From NCBI GenBank assembly GCA_963717935.1, contig CAVQXP010000003.1, positions 32,001 through 96,000 on the forward strand: 64,000 bases of DNA, written 5' to 3'. This DNA is from Candidatus Eiseniibacteriota bacterium (lineage in GTDB: Bacteria > Eisenbacteria > RBG-16-71-46). How positions within the stretch are numbered: position 1 is the first letter of the stretch; every line of letters starts with the position of its first letter. Positions 10,035 to 21,852 of the stretch are shown piece after piece. The notes below the pieces were generated by a model. The model did no database searches. It had not been told where the DNA came from and saw only the letters and a program-made list of their open reading frames with translations. A program made the position numbers and the translations under genes.

Positions 10035-11192
10035 CTAGTACAGGAACATCGGCTTGCCGAGCAGGTGCGCCACCTTCGGGCGGTAGTGCTCGATGTCGTA
10101 GAGCTCGTCCACGTCCACGCGCTTGCGGCCCTCGGCGATGACGTTGGCCGAGACGGTCGTGTACTTGCCGTCGCGCAGCGCCACCATCCGCCCGCTCTGC
10201 TTCTTCAGGAGCAGGTCGGTGGCCAGGTAGCCGTAGGTGGTCGCGACCATGCGGTCGAGCGCGTCGGGCTGGCCGCTGCGCATCAGGTAGGCGACCTGCT
10301 GGTAGAGCGTGCTGACGCCCGAGCGCTTCTCGATCTCGCCCGAGAGGTAGAGCCCGACGCCGCCGAGCTTCTTGTGGCCGTATGCGTCAGCCACGCCGCT
10401 CAGGTGCATCTCCCCGCCGATCGGCTTGGCGCCCTCGGAGATGGTCACGATGGCGTAGGCGCTCGGGTTGTCATTCCGGTCTTCCACCAGGAAGTGCACC
10501 AGCTTGTCCACGTCGAAGTCCACCTCGGAGATCACGGCGCGATCCACGCCGGCGAGGTAGGCCGAGATGAGCGAGGTCTCGCCCGAGTAGCGCCCGAAGA
10601 GCTCGATGACCGCGATGCGCTCGTGCGAGCCCGCGGCGGTGCGCAGCGAGTGGATGAACTCGACGCTGCGCGTGACGGCGGTCGAGAAGCCGATGCAGTA
10701 GTCGGTGCCGTGGACGTCGTTGTCCATGGTCTTCGGCACGCAGATGATGGGCACGCCCTCCCGATGCAGCCGCACGGCGTAGGAGAGGGTGTCGTCCCCG
10801 CCGATGGCGATCAGGCCGTCGAGGCCGAGGTGCTCGATCACCTTCAGGACGTGGGGCGTGCAGTCGAAGAGGCCCTCGGGGCCGGGCTGCGTGTAGTCGC
10901 CCCCGAGGAAACCGGGCAGGTCCTTGGGGCTCACCCTGCCGGGGTTCGTGCGTGACGTGTGCAGGAACGTGCCGCCGCTGCGGTCGATCGTGCGCGTGTT
11001 CGAGCGGTTGAGCGGGACGACGAGCTGCTCCTGCGTCCGCGGGTCGGCGGGGTTCAGGTGGAGCAGGCCCGCCCAGCCACGCCGCAGACCGACGACCTCG
11101 TGCCCCTCGTCGGCGGCCCGGTGGACCGCTGCCTTGATCGTGGAGTTGAGCCCTGGTACGTCGCCGCCACCCGTGAAGATGCCGTATCTCAT
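10035..11192 (-). CDS. pfkA: 6-phosphofructokinase, PfkA family (PPi-type signature)
   Basis: [37 protein letters not shown]. Confidence 0.92.
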   Translation of the reverse strand: MRYGIFTGGGDVPGLNSTIKAAVHRAADEGHEVVGLRRGWAGLLHLNPADPRTQEQLVVPLNRSNTRTIDRSGGTFLHTSRTNPGRVSPKDLPGFLGGDYTQPGPEGLFDCTPHVLKVIEHLGLDGLIAIGGDDTLSYAVRLHREGVPIICVPKTMDNDVHGTDYCIGFSTAVTRSVEFIHSLRTAAGSHERIAVIELFGRYSGETSLISAYLAGVDRAVISEVDFDVDKLVHFLVEDRNDNPSAYAIVTISEGAKPIGGEMHLSGVADAYGHKKLGGVGLYLSGEIEKRSGVSTLYQQVAYLMRSGQPDALDRMVATTYGYLATDLLLKKQSGRMVALRDGKYTTVSANVIAEGRKRVDVDELYDIEHYRPKVAHLLGKPMFLY

Positions 11193-11437
11193 GGGCCTTC
11201 CTGTCGTGGAGCGCGCCTGCCCGCACCTGCGCGCGAGGCCATCGCTCCGTGGTTTCGGGATGCCGTGCCGGCGGGATCCGGCAGTCAAGAACGGCGGGAA
11301 CGTACCGTGTGCCTCCGCGGCTCACAAGCGGGCGGCAGAGCCCGGCCGGCGCGTGCCTTCGCGTGCCCCCCGGGCCTTGTGGTCTAATGTGCAGGGGCCG
11401 CCCACCCCGGACGGGGTGGGCCGCCCCGCGAGAGGGG

Positions 11438-13768
11438 GTGAAAACCACGCCAGAGCAGCATCCTGCTTCGCCACAGCGCCTGCGGCTCGAGATTCGCGGG
11501 GCGGTCCAGGGTGTGGGGTTCCGCCCCTTCGTCTTCCGCCTCGCCGGGGAACTGGCCCTGCCGGGCTGGGTCCTGAACGACGCCCGCGGGGTCTTCATCG
11601 AGGTCGAAGGCCCGCGCGAGACCCTGGAGCGTTTCCGCGAGCGGATCGTCTCGGAGCGCCCGCCGCGCGCCATCGTGCAGAGCGTCGAGGCCGCGTGGCT
11701 CCCGCCCTCGGGGTTCACGGCCTTCGAGATCCGTCACAGCAACGAGGCCGGCGTGAAGACCGCGCTGGTGTTGCCGGACCTGGCCACCTGCCCCGACTGC
11801 CTCGCCGAGACCCTCGATCCGGCCGAGCGGCGCCATGGCTATCCGTTCACGAACTGCACGAACTGCGGCCCGCGCTTCACCATCCTGTACGCGCTGCCCT
11901 ACGACCGGCCCAACACGACCATGCGCGGCTTCGTGCTCTGCGCGGAGTGCAGGCGGGAATACGAGGACCCGCGCGACCGCCGCTTCCACGCCCAGCCCAT
12001 CGGTTGCCCGGCCTGCGGCCCGGTCGTCGCCCTCTGGGACGCGTCGGGCGCGGGGCTGGTCCGCGGCGACGCGGCCCTCGCGGGCGCGGCGCGGGCGCTG
12101 GGCGAGGGCCGCATCCTGGCCCTCAAGGGTCTCGGCGGGTTCCACCTCGTGTGCGACGCGCGCAACGGGGACGCGGTCCGGCGTCTGCGTGAGAGGAAGC
12201 AGCGCCTCGGCAAGCCGCTCGCCCTGATGGTGCGCGACCTCGACCAGGCCCGCGAGTTGTGCGAGGTCTCGGACCTCGCGGCGCAGCAGCTCGCCTCGGT
12301 CGAAGCGCCGATCCTGCTCCTGCCGCGGCGTGCGGATGCGCCCGTGGCGCCGGAGGTGGCGCCGGGCAACCCGTATCTCGGCGTGATGCTCCCATCCACG
12401 CCGCTCCACCATCTCCTCCTGCACGCCTGCGCCTTCCCCGTCGTGGCGACCAGCGGCAACCTCACCGACGAGCCCATCTGCACGAACGAATACCGGGCCC
12501 TGCAGCGGCTCGGGGCCATCGCCGACGTCTTCCTGGTGCACGACCGCGCCATCGAGCGGCACGTGGACGACAGCGTGGCCTGGATCACGGCAGGCCGGGT
12601 GCGGCTGCTGCGCCGGGCGCGGGGCTGGGCGCCCCTGCCGGTGACGCTCGAGCGCGAGCTGCCGGTCATCCTCGCCGTGGGGGCGCACCTGAAGAACACC
12701 GTGGCCCTGAGCGTGGGCCGGCAGGTGTTCGTCAGCCAGCACATCGGCGACCTCGAGACCGAGGAGGCGATGTGCGCCTTCGAGCGCGTGATCGCCGACT
12801 TCCAGCGGCTCTACGACGTGCGGCCCGTGGCCATCGCCCACGACCTGCACCCCGACTACCTCTCGACCCGGTGGGCGCTGGCCGCCCCCGGCGGGGCGCG
12901 CCTGGTCGGGGTCCAGCACCACCACGCCCACCTCGTCTCCTGCCTGGCCGAGAACGGGGTGGAGGGCCGCGCCCTGGGCGTGTCCTGGGACGGTACGGGC
13001 TACGGGACCGACGGCACGGTCTGGGGCGGGGAGTTCCTGCTGGGGGACGCCTCCGGATTCGAGCGTGTGGCCCACCTCAGGCCCTTCCGGCTGCCAGGGG
13101 GCGAGGCTGCGGTCCGCGAGCCCCGCAGGGCCGCCCTGGGCCTGCTCTGGGAGGCCCGGGGCGAGGCGGCGCTGGCCGCGGAGGGTCCGGGGATCGGACG
13201 GCTGTTCGATGCTGCCGACCTCAAGGTCCTGGCCAGGATGCTGGACCGGGGCCTCAACAGCCCCGTCACCACCAGCATGGGCCGGCTGTTCGACGCGGTC
13301 GCGGCCCTGGTGGGCCTGCATCCGAGCACGACCTTCGAGGGCGAAGCGGCCATGGCCCTCGAATGGCTGGCCGACCCGGCGGAGCGGGGCGCCTATCCTG
13401 TAGACTCGCGGCCCGGCCCGGTCCCCGCGGGGGCGCGGCCGCCTCTCGTCCTGGACTGGGGGCCGCTGCTCGAGGCCGTGCTGGAAGATGTCCGCCGGGG
13501 TGTGCCGAGGGGCGTCATCGCGGCCCGCTTCCACAACGGGCTGGTGCGCGTGGCGGTGGACGTGGCCGCGGTGGTGGGCGAGGAGCGCGTGGCGCTCTCC
13601 GGCGGGTGCTTCCAGAACCGGCTCCTCACCGAGCGGCTGGCGGCGGCGCTGGAGCGGGCGGGCCACACCGTGCTGCTGCACGCGCAGGTGCCGCCGAACG
13701 ATGGCGGCGTGAGCCTGGGACAGATCGTCGTGGCCGCGGCGCAGTTGGGAATCGAAAGGGGAGACTGA
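11438..13768 (+). CDS. hypF: Carbamoyltransferase HypF
   Basis: [10 protein letters not shown], zinc fingers, [29 protein letters not shown]. Confidence 0.97.
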   Translation: MKTTPEQHPASPQRLRLEIRGAVQGVGFRPFVFRLAGELALPGWVLNDARGVFIEVEGPRETLERFRERIVSERPPRAIVQSVEAAWLPPSGFTAFEIRHSNEAGVKTALVLPDLATCPDCLAETLDPAERRHGYPFTNCTNCGPRFTILYALPYDRPNTTMRGFVLCAECRREYEDPRDRRFHAQPIGCPACGPVVALWDASGAGLVRGDAALAGAARALGEGRILALKGLGGFHLVCDARNGDAVRRLRERKQRLGKPLALMVRDLDQARELCEVSDLAAQQLASVEAPILLLPRRADAPVAPEVAPGNPYLGVMLPSTPLHHLLLHACAFPVVATSGNLTDEPICTNEYRALQRLGAIADVFLVHDRAIERHVDDSVAWITAGRVRLLRRARGWAPLPVTLERELPVILAVGAHLKNTVALSVGRQVFVSQHIGDLETEEAMCAFERVIADFQRLYDVRPVAIAHDLHPDYLSTRWALAAPGGARLVGVQHHHAHLVSCLAENGVEGRALGVSWDGTGYGTDGTVWGGEFLLGDASGFERVAHLRPFRLPGGEAAVREPRRAALGLLWEARGEAALAAEGPGIGRLFDAADLKVLARMLDRGLNSPVTTSMGRLFDAVAALVGLHPSTTFEGEAAMALEWLADPAERGAYPVDSRPGPVPAGARPPLVLDWGPLLEAVLEDVRRGVPRGVIAARFHNGLVRVAVDVAAVVGEERVALSGGCFQNRLLTERLAAALERAGHTVLLHAQVPPNDGGVSLGQIVVAAAQLGIERGD

Positions 13769-13770
13769 AC

Positions 13771-14073
13771 GTGTGTCTCGGCGTGCCGGGCAAGGTGCTC
13801 ACGGTCGAGGAGAACGCCCAGGGCCTGGCCATGGGCACCGTGAGCTTCGGTGGCGTGAACAAGGAGATCTACCTCGCCTGCGTGCCCGAGGCGAAGCCCG
13901 GCGACTACGTGATCGTGCACGCGGGCCTGGCCATCAGCATCATCAACGAGCAGGAGGCCGAGGAGACCTTCGAGATCCTGCGCCGGATGGACGAGCTGGC
14001 GGGGATCGAGGAACGTCCGCAGGACGCCTCCGGCTCCCCGCCGCCGCCGCCCGGGCCCGAACGCCAGGGGTGA
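13771..14073 (+). CDS. hypC: Hydrogenase chaperone HypC
   Basis: GTG start MCLGVPGKV, and GDYVIVHAG. Confidence 0.93.
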   Translation: MCLGVPGKVLTVEENAQGLAMGTVSFGGVNKEIYLACVPEAKPGDYVIVHAGLAISIINEQEAEETFEILRRMDELAGIEERPQDASGSPPPPPGPERQG

Positions 14074-14075
14074 CC

Positions 14076-15160
<1,085 letters not shown>

Positions 15161-15164
<4 letters not shown>

Positions 15165-16234
15165 GTGACGCCGAGGCCGCGCCCGTCGAGTACCTGGGCC
15201 TGCAGTGCCCGATCCCGCTGAGCGAGTACCCGCAGGTGACGCTCGCCCACGGCGGCGGCGGACGGCTCACGCACGCGCTGATCGAGCGCATGTTCCTCGC
15301 GGCCTTCCGCAACCCCGCGCTCGAGCCGCTCCACGACGGCGCCGTGCTCGAGGTGCCGCAGGGCCGGATCGCGCTCAGCACCGACTCGTACGTGGTGAGC
15401 CCGCTCTTCTTCCCGGGCGGCGACATCGGTTCGCTCGCGGTGCACGGCACCGTGAACGACCTCGCCATGTGCGGCGCGTCGCCCCTGGCGCTCACCGCGG
15501 GCTTCGTGCTCGAGGAGGGCCTGCCCATGGACGACCTGTGGCGGATCGTGCGCTCCATGGCACGGGCGGCGAAGGACGCGGGCGTGAACATCGTGACCGG
15601 CGACACCAAGGTCGTGGACCGCGGCAAGGGCGATGGCGTGTTCATCAACACGACCGGCATCGGCCTGGTGCCCGAGGGCGTGAGCATCTCCCCGGCGCGC
15701 GCGCGGCCCGGGGACCGGCTGCTGCTGAGCGGGCGCATCGCCGACCACGGCATCGCCATCCTGTCGGTGCGCGAGGGCCTCTCGTTCGAGACCACGATCG
15801 AGAGCGACTCGGCCGCCCTGAACGGGCTCGTGGGCTCGCTGCTCGGGGCGCTCGGCGAGCGCGTCCACGTGCTGCGCGACCCCACGCGTGGCGGCGTGGC
15901 GAGCGCGACCAACGAGATCGCCGCGGCCGCGCAGGTGGGGCTGCGCCTCGAGGAGCGCGCGATCCCGCTGGCCGAGCAGGTGCGCGGCGCCTGCGAGATC
16001 CTCGGGCTCGACCCGCTCTACGTCGCGAACGAGGGCAAGTGCCTGGCCATCGTCGCTCCGGAAGCGGCGGAGCAGGCGCTCGCGCTCCTGCGCGCGCACC
16101 CGCTCGGGCGCGAGGCCGCCGTCATCGGCGAGGTGGTCGCGGACCACCCCGGCCGCGTGATGATGCACAGCCGCGTCGGCGGCATGCGCGTCGTGGACAT
16201 GCTCAGCGGGGAGCAGCTGCCGCGCATCTGCTGA
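15161..16234 (+). CDS. hypE: Hydrogenase maturation protein HypE
   Basis: AHGGGG, GTVNDL, GDTKV, RDPTRGG, and C-terminal LPRIC. Confidence 0.97.
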
Positions 16235-16722
16235 TGCGGCCGGGACCGGGCATGACCGTGAAGCAGGCAACGAAGCGGCGCCCGGAGGGCACGCGGGAGC
16301 GGGCCGGGGAGTCCCCCGGGCGCTGGGAGCGCGTGTGGGCCGTGGTGCGCCGCATCCCGCCCGGGCGCGTGGCCACCTACGGCCAGGTCGCGGCCCTCGC
16401 GGGCCTCGGCCACCAGGCGCGCCAGGTCGGCTACGCGCTCCATGCCCTGCCCGCCGAGGGCTTCGCCCCGTGGCACCGGGTGGTCAACGCGCGCGGCGCG
16501 ATCAGCCTGCCGCCGGGCGGTGGAGCCGACGTGACCCAGCGCCTGCGGCTCGAGCGCGAAGGCGTGCGCTTCGACGCGCGCGGGCGGATCGACCTCGAGC
16601 GCTACGGCTGGCGGCCCGGCGGGCGGGTCACCGCCGCCGCGTCGCGTTCGCCGCTGCGGGCCTCGGCATCGCCCAGGTCTGCAACGCCACGGGCAGGTGC
16701 CCGCGGTCGCCCACCGCGGTGA
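16234..16722 (+). CDS. Alkyltransferase-like (ATL/YbaZ, MGMT family) protein
   Basis: IPPGRVATYGQVA, RQVGYAL, and PWHRVVN (Trp in place of the MGMT Cys). Start could be 16252. Confidence 0.85.
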   Translation: MRPGPGMTVKQATKRRPEGTRERAGESPGRWERVWAVVRRIPPGRVATYGQVAALAGLGHQARQVGYALHALPAEGFAPWHRVVNARGAISLPPGGGADVTQRLRLEREGVRFDARGRIDLERYGWRPGGRVTAAASRSPLRASASPRSATPRAGARGRPPR

Positions 16723-17347
16723 TGCGGTAACCTCCGCCGGGCTTCACCTCGATCACGGTGAGGCTGCAGTTGGCGAGGCTCATCGTGAGCCAGAGTCTCG
16801 CGTCCGCGCCCAGCGCGCGGGTCACCAGCCAGCGGATCACGTTCCCGTGGCAGACCAGCACCTCCGTGCTGTCGCGCGCGGGCGAGGGGCGGAAGTAGCG
16901 GGCGAAGGTGCGCTCGAGTTGCACCGCGCACGAGTCGGCCTCGCCCGGCGCGAGACCCGCCATGACGTCCTTGCGGTAGGTGGGCGGCGTGCACTCGCGC
17001 AGGTCGCGGTCGGGCTCGGGGTTCCGGCCGGGCAGCGACCGCGCGATGATCTCCGCGGTCTCTCGCGCCCGCGTCAGGGTGCTCGCGTGCACGACGTCGA
17101 CTCGCGCGGGCCAGGCCGCGAGCCGCGCCCCGGTGAGCCGCGCCTGCTCCCGGCCCTCGGACAGCAGCGCCTTGCCGACCTCGGCATCGCGCGCGTCGTC
17201 CTCGTCGTAGACCCCGTGGCGGACGAGGATGAGCGTGCGCAGGCCCTTGCCCGGAGTCGCCTGGGCGTCGGCCCCGGGCGCGATTGCGCCGGCCAGCGTC
17301 AGCGTGCACAGGATGACCGCGCAGAACGGCCGCAGGCCCGGCCTCAT
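16628..17347 (-). CDS. Exported histidine phosphatase (PGAM5-like)
   Basis: Signal peptide, LVRHG, STLTRARETA, LVCHGNVIR. ATGA overlap with the hypB stop. Confidence 0.85.
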   Translation of the reverse strand: MRPGLRPFCAVILCTLTLAGAIAPGADAQATPGKGLRTLILVRHGVYDEDDARDAEVGKALLSEGREQARLTGARLAAWPARVDVVHASTLTRARETAEIIARSLPGRNPEPDRDLRECTPPTYRKDVMAGLAPGEADSCAVQLERTFARYFRPSPARDSTEVLVCHGNVIRWLVTRALGADARLWLTMSLANCSLTVIEVKPGGGYRITAVGDRGHLPVALQTWAMPRPAAANATRRR

Positions 17348-18012
17348 GACGCGGCCCCGCGCTTCTCCGACAGGCGCTCCTCGAGCAGGGCGCACCACTC
17401 GGCGATGCCCTGGCCGGTGGTGGCCGAGGTCACCAGCAGTGCGCCACCGGGCCGCAGCGCGGCGACCTGCGCGCGCGCCTCGTCGAGCTTGAAGGACACG
17501 TGGGGCAGCAGGTCGGCCTTCGTCACCAACGTCACCGCGGCCTTCGCGAAGATGGACGGGTACTTGAAGGGCTTGTCCTCGCCCTCGGTGACCGAGAGCA
17601 GCGCGACCTTGAAGTCCTCGCCCAGGTCGTAGGAGGTGGGGCAGACGAGGTTGCCCACGTTCTCGATGAAGAGCACGTCCAGCGGCCCCAGGTCGTGCGT
17701 CTCGAGCGCCCCGCGCACCTGCCGGGCGTCGAGGTGGCAGGATCCCCCGGTGAGGATCTGGTGGGCCGGGATGCCGAGCGAGCGCAGGCGGTCGGCGTCG
17801 CGCTCGGTGGCGATGTCGCCCTCGATGGCGCCGAGTCTCAGCTTCCCCCCGAAGGCGCGTACGGTCGCCTCGAGCAGCGTCGTCTTGCCGGAGCCGGGGG
17901 AGGAGATGAGGTTCACCACCAGCGTGCGCGCGGTCGCGAAGCGCTCGCGCAACGTCGCGGCCGCGGCCGCGTTGTCGGCCAGGATCCTCTGCCGTACGTC
18001 CACCTGGGTCAC
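17344..18012 (-). CDS. hypB: Nickel insertion GTPase HypB
   Basis: SSPGSGKTT, CHLDA, ENVGNLVCP, EGEDKPFKYP. Confidence 0.97.
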   Translation of the reverse strand: MTQVDVRQRILADNAAAAATLRERFATARTLVVNLISSPGSGKTTLLEATVRAFGGKLRLGAIEGDIATERDADRLRSLGIPAHQILTGGSCHLDARQVRGALETHDLGPLDVLFIENVGNLVCPTSYDLGEDFKVALLSVTEGEDKPFKYPSIFAKAAVTLVTKADLLPHVSFKLDEARAQVAALRPGGALLVTSATTGQGIAEWCALLEERLSEKRGAAS

Positions 18013-18377
18013 TTCGCCGTCTCCTCTTCATCGGGTGTGTACGAGAGGTCGATCACGTCCAGCTCGTCTCCGCCGGCGACCTGCACGGGCCCGCCGCAGT
18101 CCGGGCAGATCCTGAGCCAGTTGCCGGGCGCGCGCTCCTTCACCTCGCCGCAGGTCGCGCACGTCTGCCGCGCGGGGTGCCACTCGACCTCGAGCCTGGC
18201 CGCGGCGTCACGCCCGCCGGAGACCACGGCCTCCCAGGCGTAGACCAGCAGCTCGGGCTCGACCGCCGCCAGCTCGCCGATCGCGACCCGTGCCGAGTCG
18301 AGCCGCCCGGGCCCGCGGGCGTCGATGGTCGCCCGGCAGGTCCGGTAGATCTCGGTGGCGAGGCTCAGCTCGTGCAA
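18009..18377 (-). CDS. hypA: Nickel metallochaperone HypA
   Basis: TTG start after GGAGG. (M)HELSLA, CATC...CPDC, GGDEL. Confidence 0.92.
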   Translation of the reverse strand: MHELSLATEIYRTCRATIDARGPGRLDSARVAIGELAAVEPELLVYAWEAVVSGGRDAAARLEVEWHPARQTCATCGEVKERAPGNWLRICPDCGGPVQVAGGDELDVIDLSYTPDEEETAK

Positions 18378-18493
18378 GTGTCCTCCGTCGGGATGGTCCG
18401 GGCCGGGTGCGCCCCCGGTGTCCCGCGGCCGCATCTTACCGCGTCCGGCATGGCCACCCGAACCGCCCGCGCGTGCGCGGACCGTGCACCGGT

Positions 18494-20935
18494 TCAGGGT
18501 GGCGAATCGACGCCCGCTGCCGCCGCCGAGTCCGGCGCAGCGGCAAGCGAGTCGCCCTCCGCGCCGAGGCTGTCCGCGGGCGGATGGAACACGCCGCAGA
18601 CGCGGGTCGGCGCCGTACCGGGCAGGAAGGGCACGCGCAGGGCGGGGCAGTCGCCGCGCGCCAGCAGCCCGGTCCAGGGGTCGATCCAGGCCGGCGTGAG
18701 CCCGGCGTCGCCGGGGAAGGGCTCGTCCGGGAAGCCCTCCAGCATGGCTCCCATGATCCCGGCCCAGATCGGGAGCGCGACCTCCGCGGCCGGGCGCCGC
18801 AGGGTCCGCGGCGTGTCGTAGCCCACCCAGGTGCCGGCGACGAGATCCGGCACGAAGCCCACGAACCAGGCGTCGTGGTAGTCGTTGGTCGTGCCGGTCT
18901 TGCCGCCTGCGGGGCGCAGGAAGCCGTACACGGAGCGCAGCGGGTAGGAGACGCCGAAGATGACCACGTCCTCGAGCAGTCCGGTCATGAGGTCGGCGGT
19001 CGCGGCCGGCAGCACCTGCACCGCCGGAGCGGTGCGCGGGAGCAGGTCCCGCCCCGTGGCGTCCAGCACCGCGCGTACCGGCGTTGGGTCGTGCCGCACG
19101 CCGCGTCCCGGGAAGACGCTGTAGGCGCTGGTGAGGGCCAGCAGCGTGGCCTCGTTGGTGCCCAGCCCGATGCTCGCGACGGGTTTGAGTTTCCCGAGGC
19201 CGAAGCGCTCGGCGTAGCGCGCCACCTGCCTCGCACCGATCGCCTCGACCAGGTTCGCGGTCGCCACGTTGAGCGACTTGACGAGCGCCTTCGCGAGCGT
19301 GACCTCCGGGTGATACTCGTCCCTGTCGTTGCGCGGCTTCCACACGGTGTCGCCCGCGGCGAACTCGCGCCTCAGGTCGGGCACGGTGGAGCCGGGGCCG
19401 AATCGCGGCGGTCCGCGCCCGGGATCGAGCGCGGCCGCGTACACGATGGGCTTGATCGCCGAGCCGGTCTGGCGGCGTGCCCGGGTCGCGCGGTTGAAGT
19501 CACCGGTCCCGGCTGCGCGTCCGCCCACCACGGCGCGCACGAAGCCGGTCGCCGGATCGAGCGCGACGAATGCGCCCTGCAGCGGCCGGGGCCCGCGCCC
19601 GCTCCAGCGCTCGAGCGAGTCCACGCCGGCCGCGAGCCCCCGCTCGGCCTCGGCCTGCCAGACCAGGTCGAGCGGGGTGAACACCGAAAGGCCCCAGTGC
19701 TCGGCGGCGCCTTCGGGCAGGCGCTCGGAGAGATGCTGGCGCACGTAGCCCACGTAGCTCGGGAAGAACCCCGGAGGGGGCGGGCCGCGGCGCACGGCCA
19801 GCGGGCGGGCCCGGAGCCGCGCAGCCGTGCCGGCGTCGAGCGTGCCCGTGGCCACCAGGTCGCCGAGCACGGAGTTGCGCTGCACCAGCGCCCGGCGCGG
19901 GTCGTGGAACGGCGAGTAGGCGTTGGGTGCCGGGATGAGACCCGCGAGCAGCGCGGACCGCGCCACGTCGAGCGACTCGACCGGCGCGTCGAAGTACCAG
20001 CGCGCAGCCTCGGCCACGCCCGCCACGCCCCCTGACCCGTTCTGTCCCCAGTAGACCGAGTTCAGGTACATCTCGAGGATCTCGTCCTTCGAGAGCAGGG
20101 CCTCGAGCCCCACGGCGATCATCGCCTCGGAGAGCTTGCGGCTCCAGGTGCGCTCGCGCCCGAGGAAGAGCCCGCGCGCCAGTTGCTGCGTGATGGTGCT
20201 GCCGCCCTGGCGCACACCGCCCGCCTGCACGTTGGTGACGAGGGCGCGGAAGTTGCCGCGCAGGTCCAGCCCCCAGTGATGGCGGAAGCGGCGGTCCTCC
20301 GAGGCCACCACCGCCTCACGCAGGGCGCGCGGGATGCGCGCGAGCGGCACCCAGGTGCGCAGGACACGGTGCTCGTCGGCCAGCAGCGCCACGGCCAGGG
20401 GCTCGAGACGGGCCGGCCGCGAGGTATCGGGGGGCGCCGCCGGGGAGAGACCGCCCAGGCGCCGCACCGCGACGAGCCGGCCGCCCGCGAGCCGCAGGCG
20501 CACGCGCTCGGGTCCGCCCGCGCCGTCGGGGTCGTGCGTGGCCGCGAAGCCGCGCAGGAGGATCTCGAAACCGTCCGGCACGACGCGATACTCGCCCGGC
20601 ACGGCGGGGGCAGCGGCCTCGCGGTAGCCGCGTGCGTCGAGTTGCGCGCGCAGGTAGGTCCCGGGGCACGCGCGGCCCGGTGCGAGAGCCACGCCATCGG
20701 AGTAGACGCGCGAGGGGAATGACCACGACGGCCCGGTGGCGTGCCGCGCGCGCAGGGCCCGCACCTTGATGGCGAGGTGCACGAAGCCGGCGAGCGCGCC
20801 CAGCGCCAGGAGGACGAGCCCGGCGAACGCGGCCGAACGCCACGGCCGGGCGCGCACGAGCGCGCGCAGCGCGGCGAGCGGCGCCCCGCGGGCGCCGGGG
20901 CCGGAGCCACCCGGTGATTCGTGTCGAGTCGTCAT
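18494..20935 (-). CDS. Class A penicillin-binding protein (PBP1B-like)
   Basis: TM anchor, UB2H-like region, EDRRF, GGSTITQQL, SAIK, SLN, KTG. Confidence 0.92.
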   Translation of the reverse strand: MTTRHESPGGSGPGARGAPLAALRALVRARPWRSAAFAGLVLLALGALAGFVHLAIKVRALRARHATGPSWSFPSRVYSDGVALAPGRACPGTYLRAQLDARGYREAAAPAVPGEYRVVPDGFEILLRGFAATHDPDGAGGPERVRLRLAGGRLVAVRRLGGLSPAAPPDTSRPARLEPLAVALLADEHRVLRTWVPLARIPRALREAVVASEDRRFRHHWGLDLRGNFRALVTNVQAGGVRQGGSTITQQLARGLFLGRERTWSRKLSEAMIAVGLEALLSKDEILEMYLNSVYWGQNGSGGVAGVAEAARWYFDAPVESLDVARSALLAGLIPAPNAYSPFHDPRRALVQRNSVLGDLVATGTLDAGTAARLRARPLAVRRGPPPPGFFPSYVGYVRQHLSERLPEGAAEHWGLSVFTPLDLVWQAEAERGLAAGVDSLERWSGRGPRPLQGAFVALDPATGFVRAVVGGRAAGTGDFNRATRARRQTGSAIKPIVYAAALDPGRGPPRFGPGSTVPDLRREFAAGDTVWKPRNDRDEYHPEVTLAKALVKSLNVATANLVEAIGARQVARYAERFGLGKLKPVASIGLGTNEATLLALTSAYSVFPGRGVRHDPTPVRAVLDATGRDLLPRTAPAVQVLPAATADLMTGLLEDVVIFGVSYPLRSVYGFLRPAGGKTGTTNDYHDAWFVGFVPDLVAGTWVGYDTPRTLRRPAAEVALPIWAGIMGAMLEGFPDEPFPGDAGLTPAWIDPWTGLLARGDCPALRVPFLPGTAPTRVCGVFHPPADSLGAEGDSLAAAPDSAAAAGVDSPP

Positions 20936-21260
20936 GAGGATCGTTCCGGAACGCGTCCAGGGTCAGGGAACTGTGAGGAGTTCCCGACAGACTAGCGGCA
21001 AGGGCGGGAAGGCGCACGCCGGCGGGCGGAGCGCGCCGGCGCGCGGGCCCGGGTGGCGCAAGTCGCGACGGCGCAGCCGACAGGGCGCTCCGGCGCCCGG
21101 GCTCGCGGCCGGGCCCGACGGTCCCGTCCGGGTGCCCGGGGAAGCTCGCGCAGGAGCCCGAACGGACCGGGCGCACCGCGCGTCCAGGAATCCCATCCTA
21201 GGAGGACTCATCCATAGTGGGGAGGGCCGCCACTTGACTTGAGCGACAACGGAGGATGCG

Positions 21261-21569
21261 ATGGCAGGGCGTGAGCGGGGTGGCTTCGCGGCGATGAACC
21301 GCGAAAAACAACAGGAGATCGCTCGGCGTGGGGGCCGCGCTGCGCACCAGAAGGGCACTGCGCACGAGTTCACGCCTGATGAAGCGCGCGCCGCGGGCCG
21401 CAAGGGCGGCATGTCCGTGAGCCAGGATCGAGATCACATGTCCCGTATCGGTCGGGCCGGGGGCCTGAGCTCCCGCTTGAACCTTCGCAGCGGTGACCCG
21501 GCACCGTCCACGGATGCGAGCCAGCAGCCTGCCGGTGACCTGGAGGCTGACGACCCACCGGTCGCCTAG
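21261..21569 (+). CDS. KGG-repeat general stress protein
   Basis: GFAAM..EIARRGG..HEFTPDEARAAGRKGG..IGRAGG. SD GGAGG. Confidence 0.88.
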   Translation: MAGRERGGFAAMNREKQQEIARRGGRAAHQKGTAHEFTPDEARAAGRKGGMSVSQDRDHMSRIGRAGGLSSRLNLRSGDPAPSTDASQQPAGDLEADDPPVA

Positions 21570-21852
21570 CAAGGGCGGCCGCCTGACGGGAAGGTCGTGG
21601 CCGCGGAGCCACGACCGACGGGCCGGCAGGGGCAGTCTGGGCTTGTCGGGGCTGCCGACGCCGGTCCACTCGTACGAGATTCAGCTTGGAGAACGCCGTT
21701 GCCGGTAGGAGACTTCCAGCCGGGCGGCCCGCATGGCTGCCGTGTGCGGATTCCCCTTCATCAGCCGCGAGGTCCCTCGGGATGATCGCTCGATCGTCAT
21801 TCGGGACCGGATGCGGTCCCGGCGCCGCCGCAGCGCGCGGGAGCGCTTCTCC

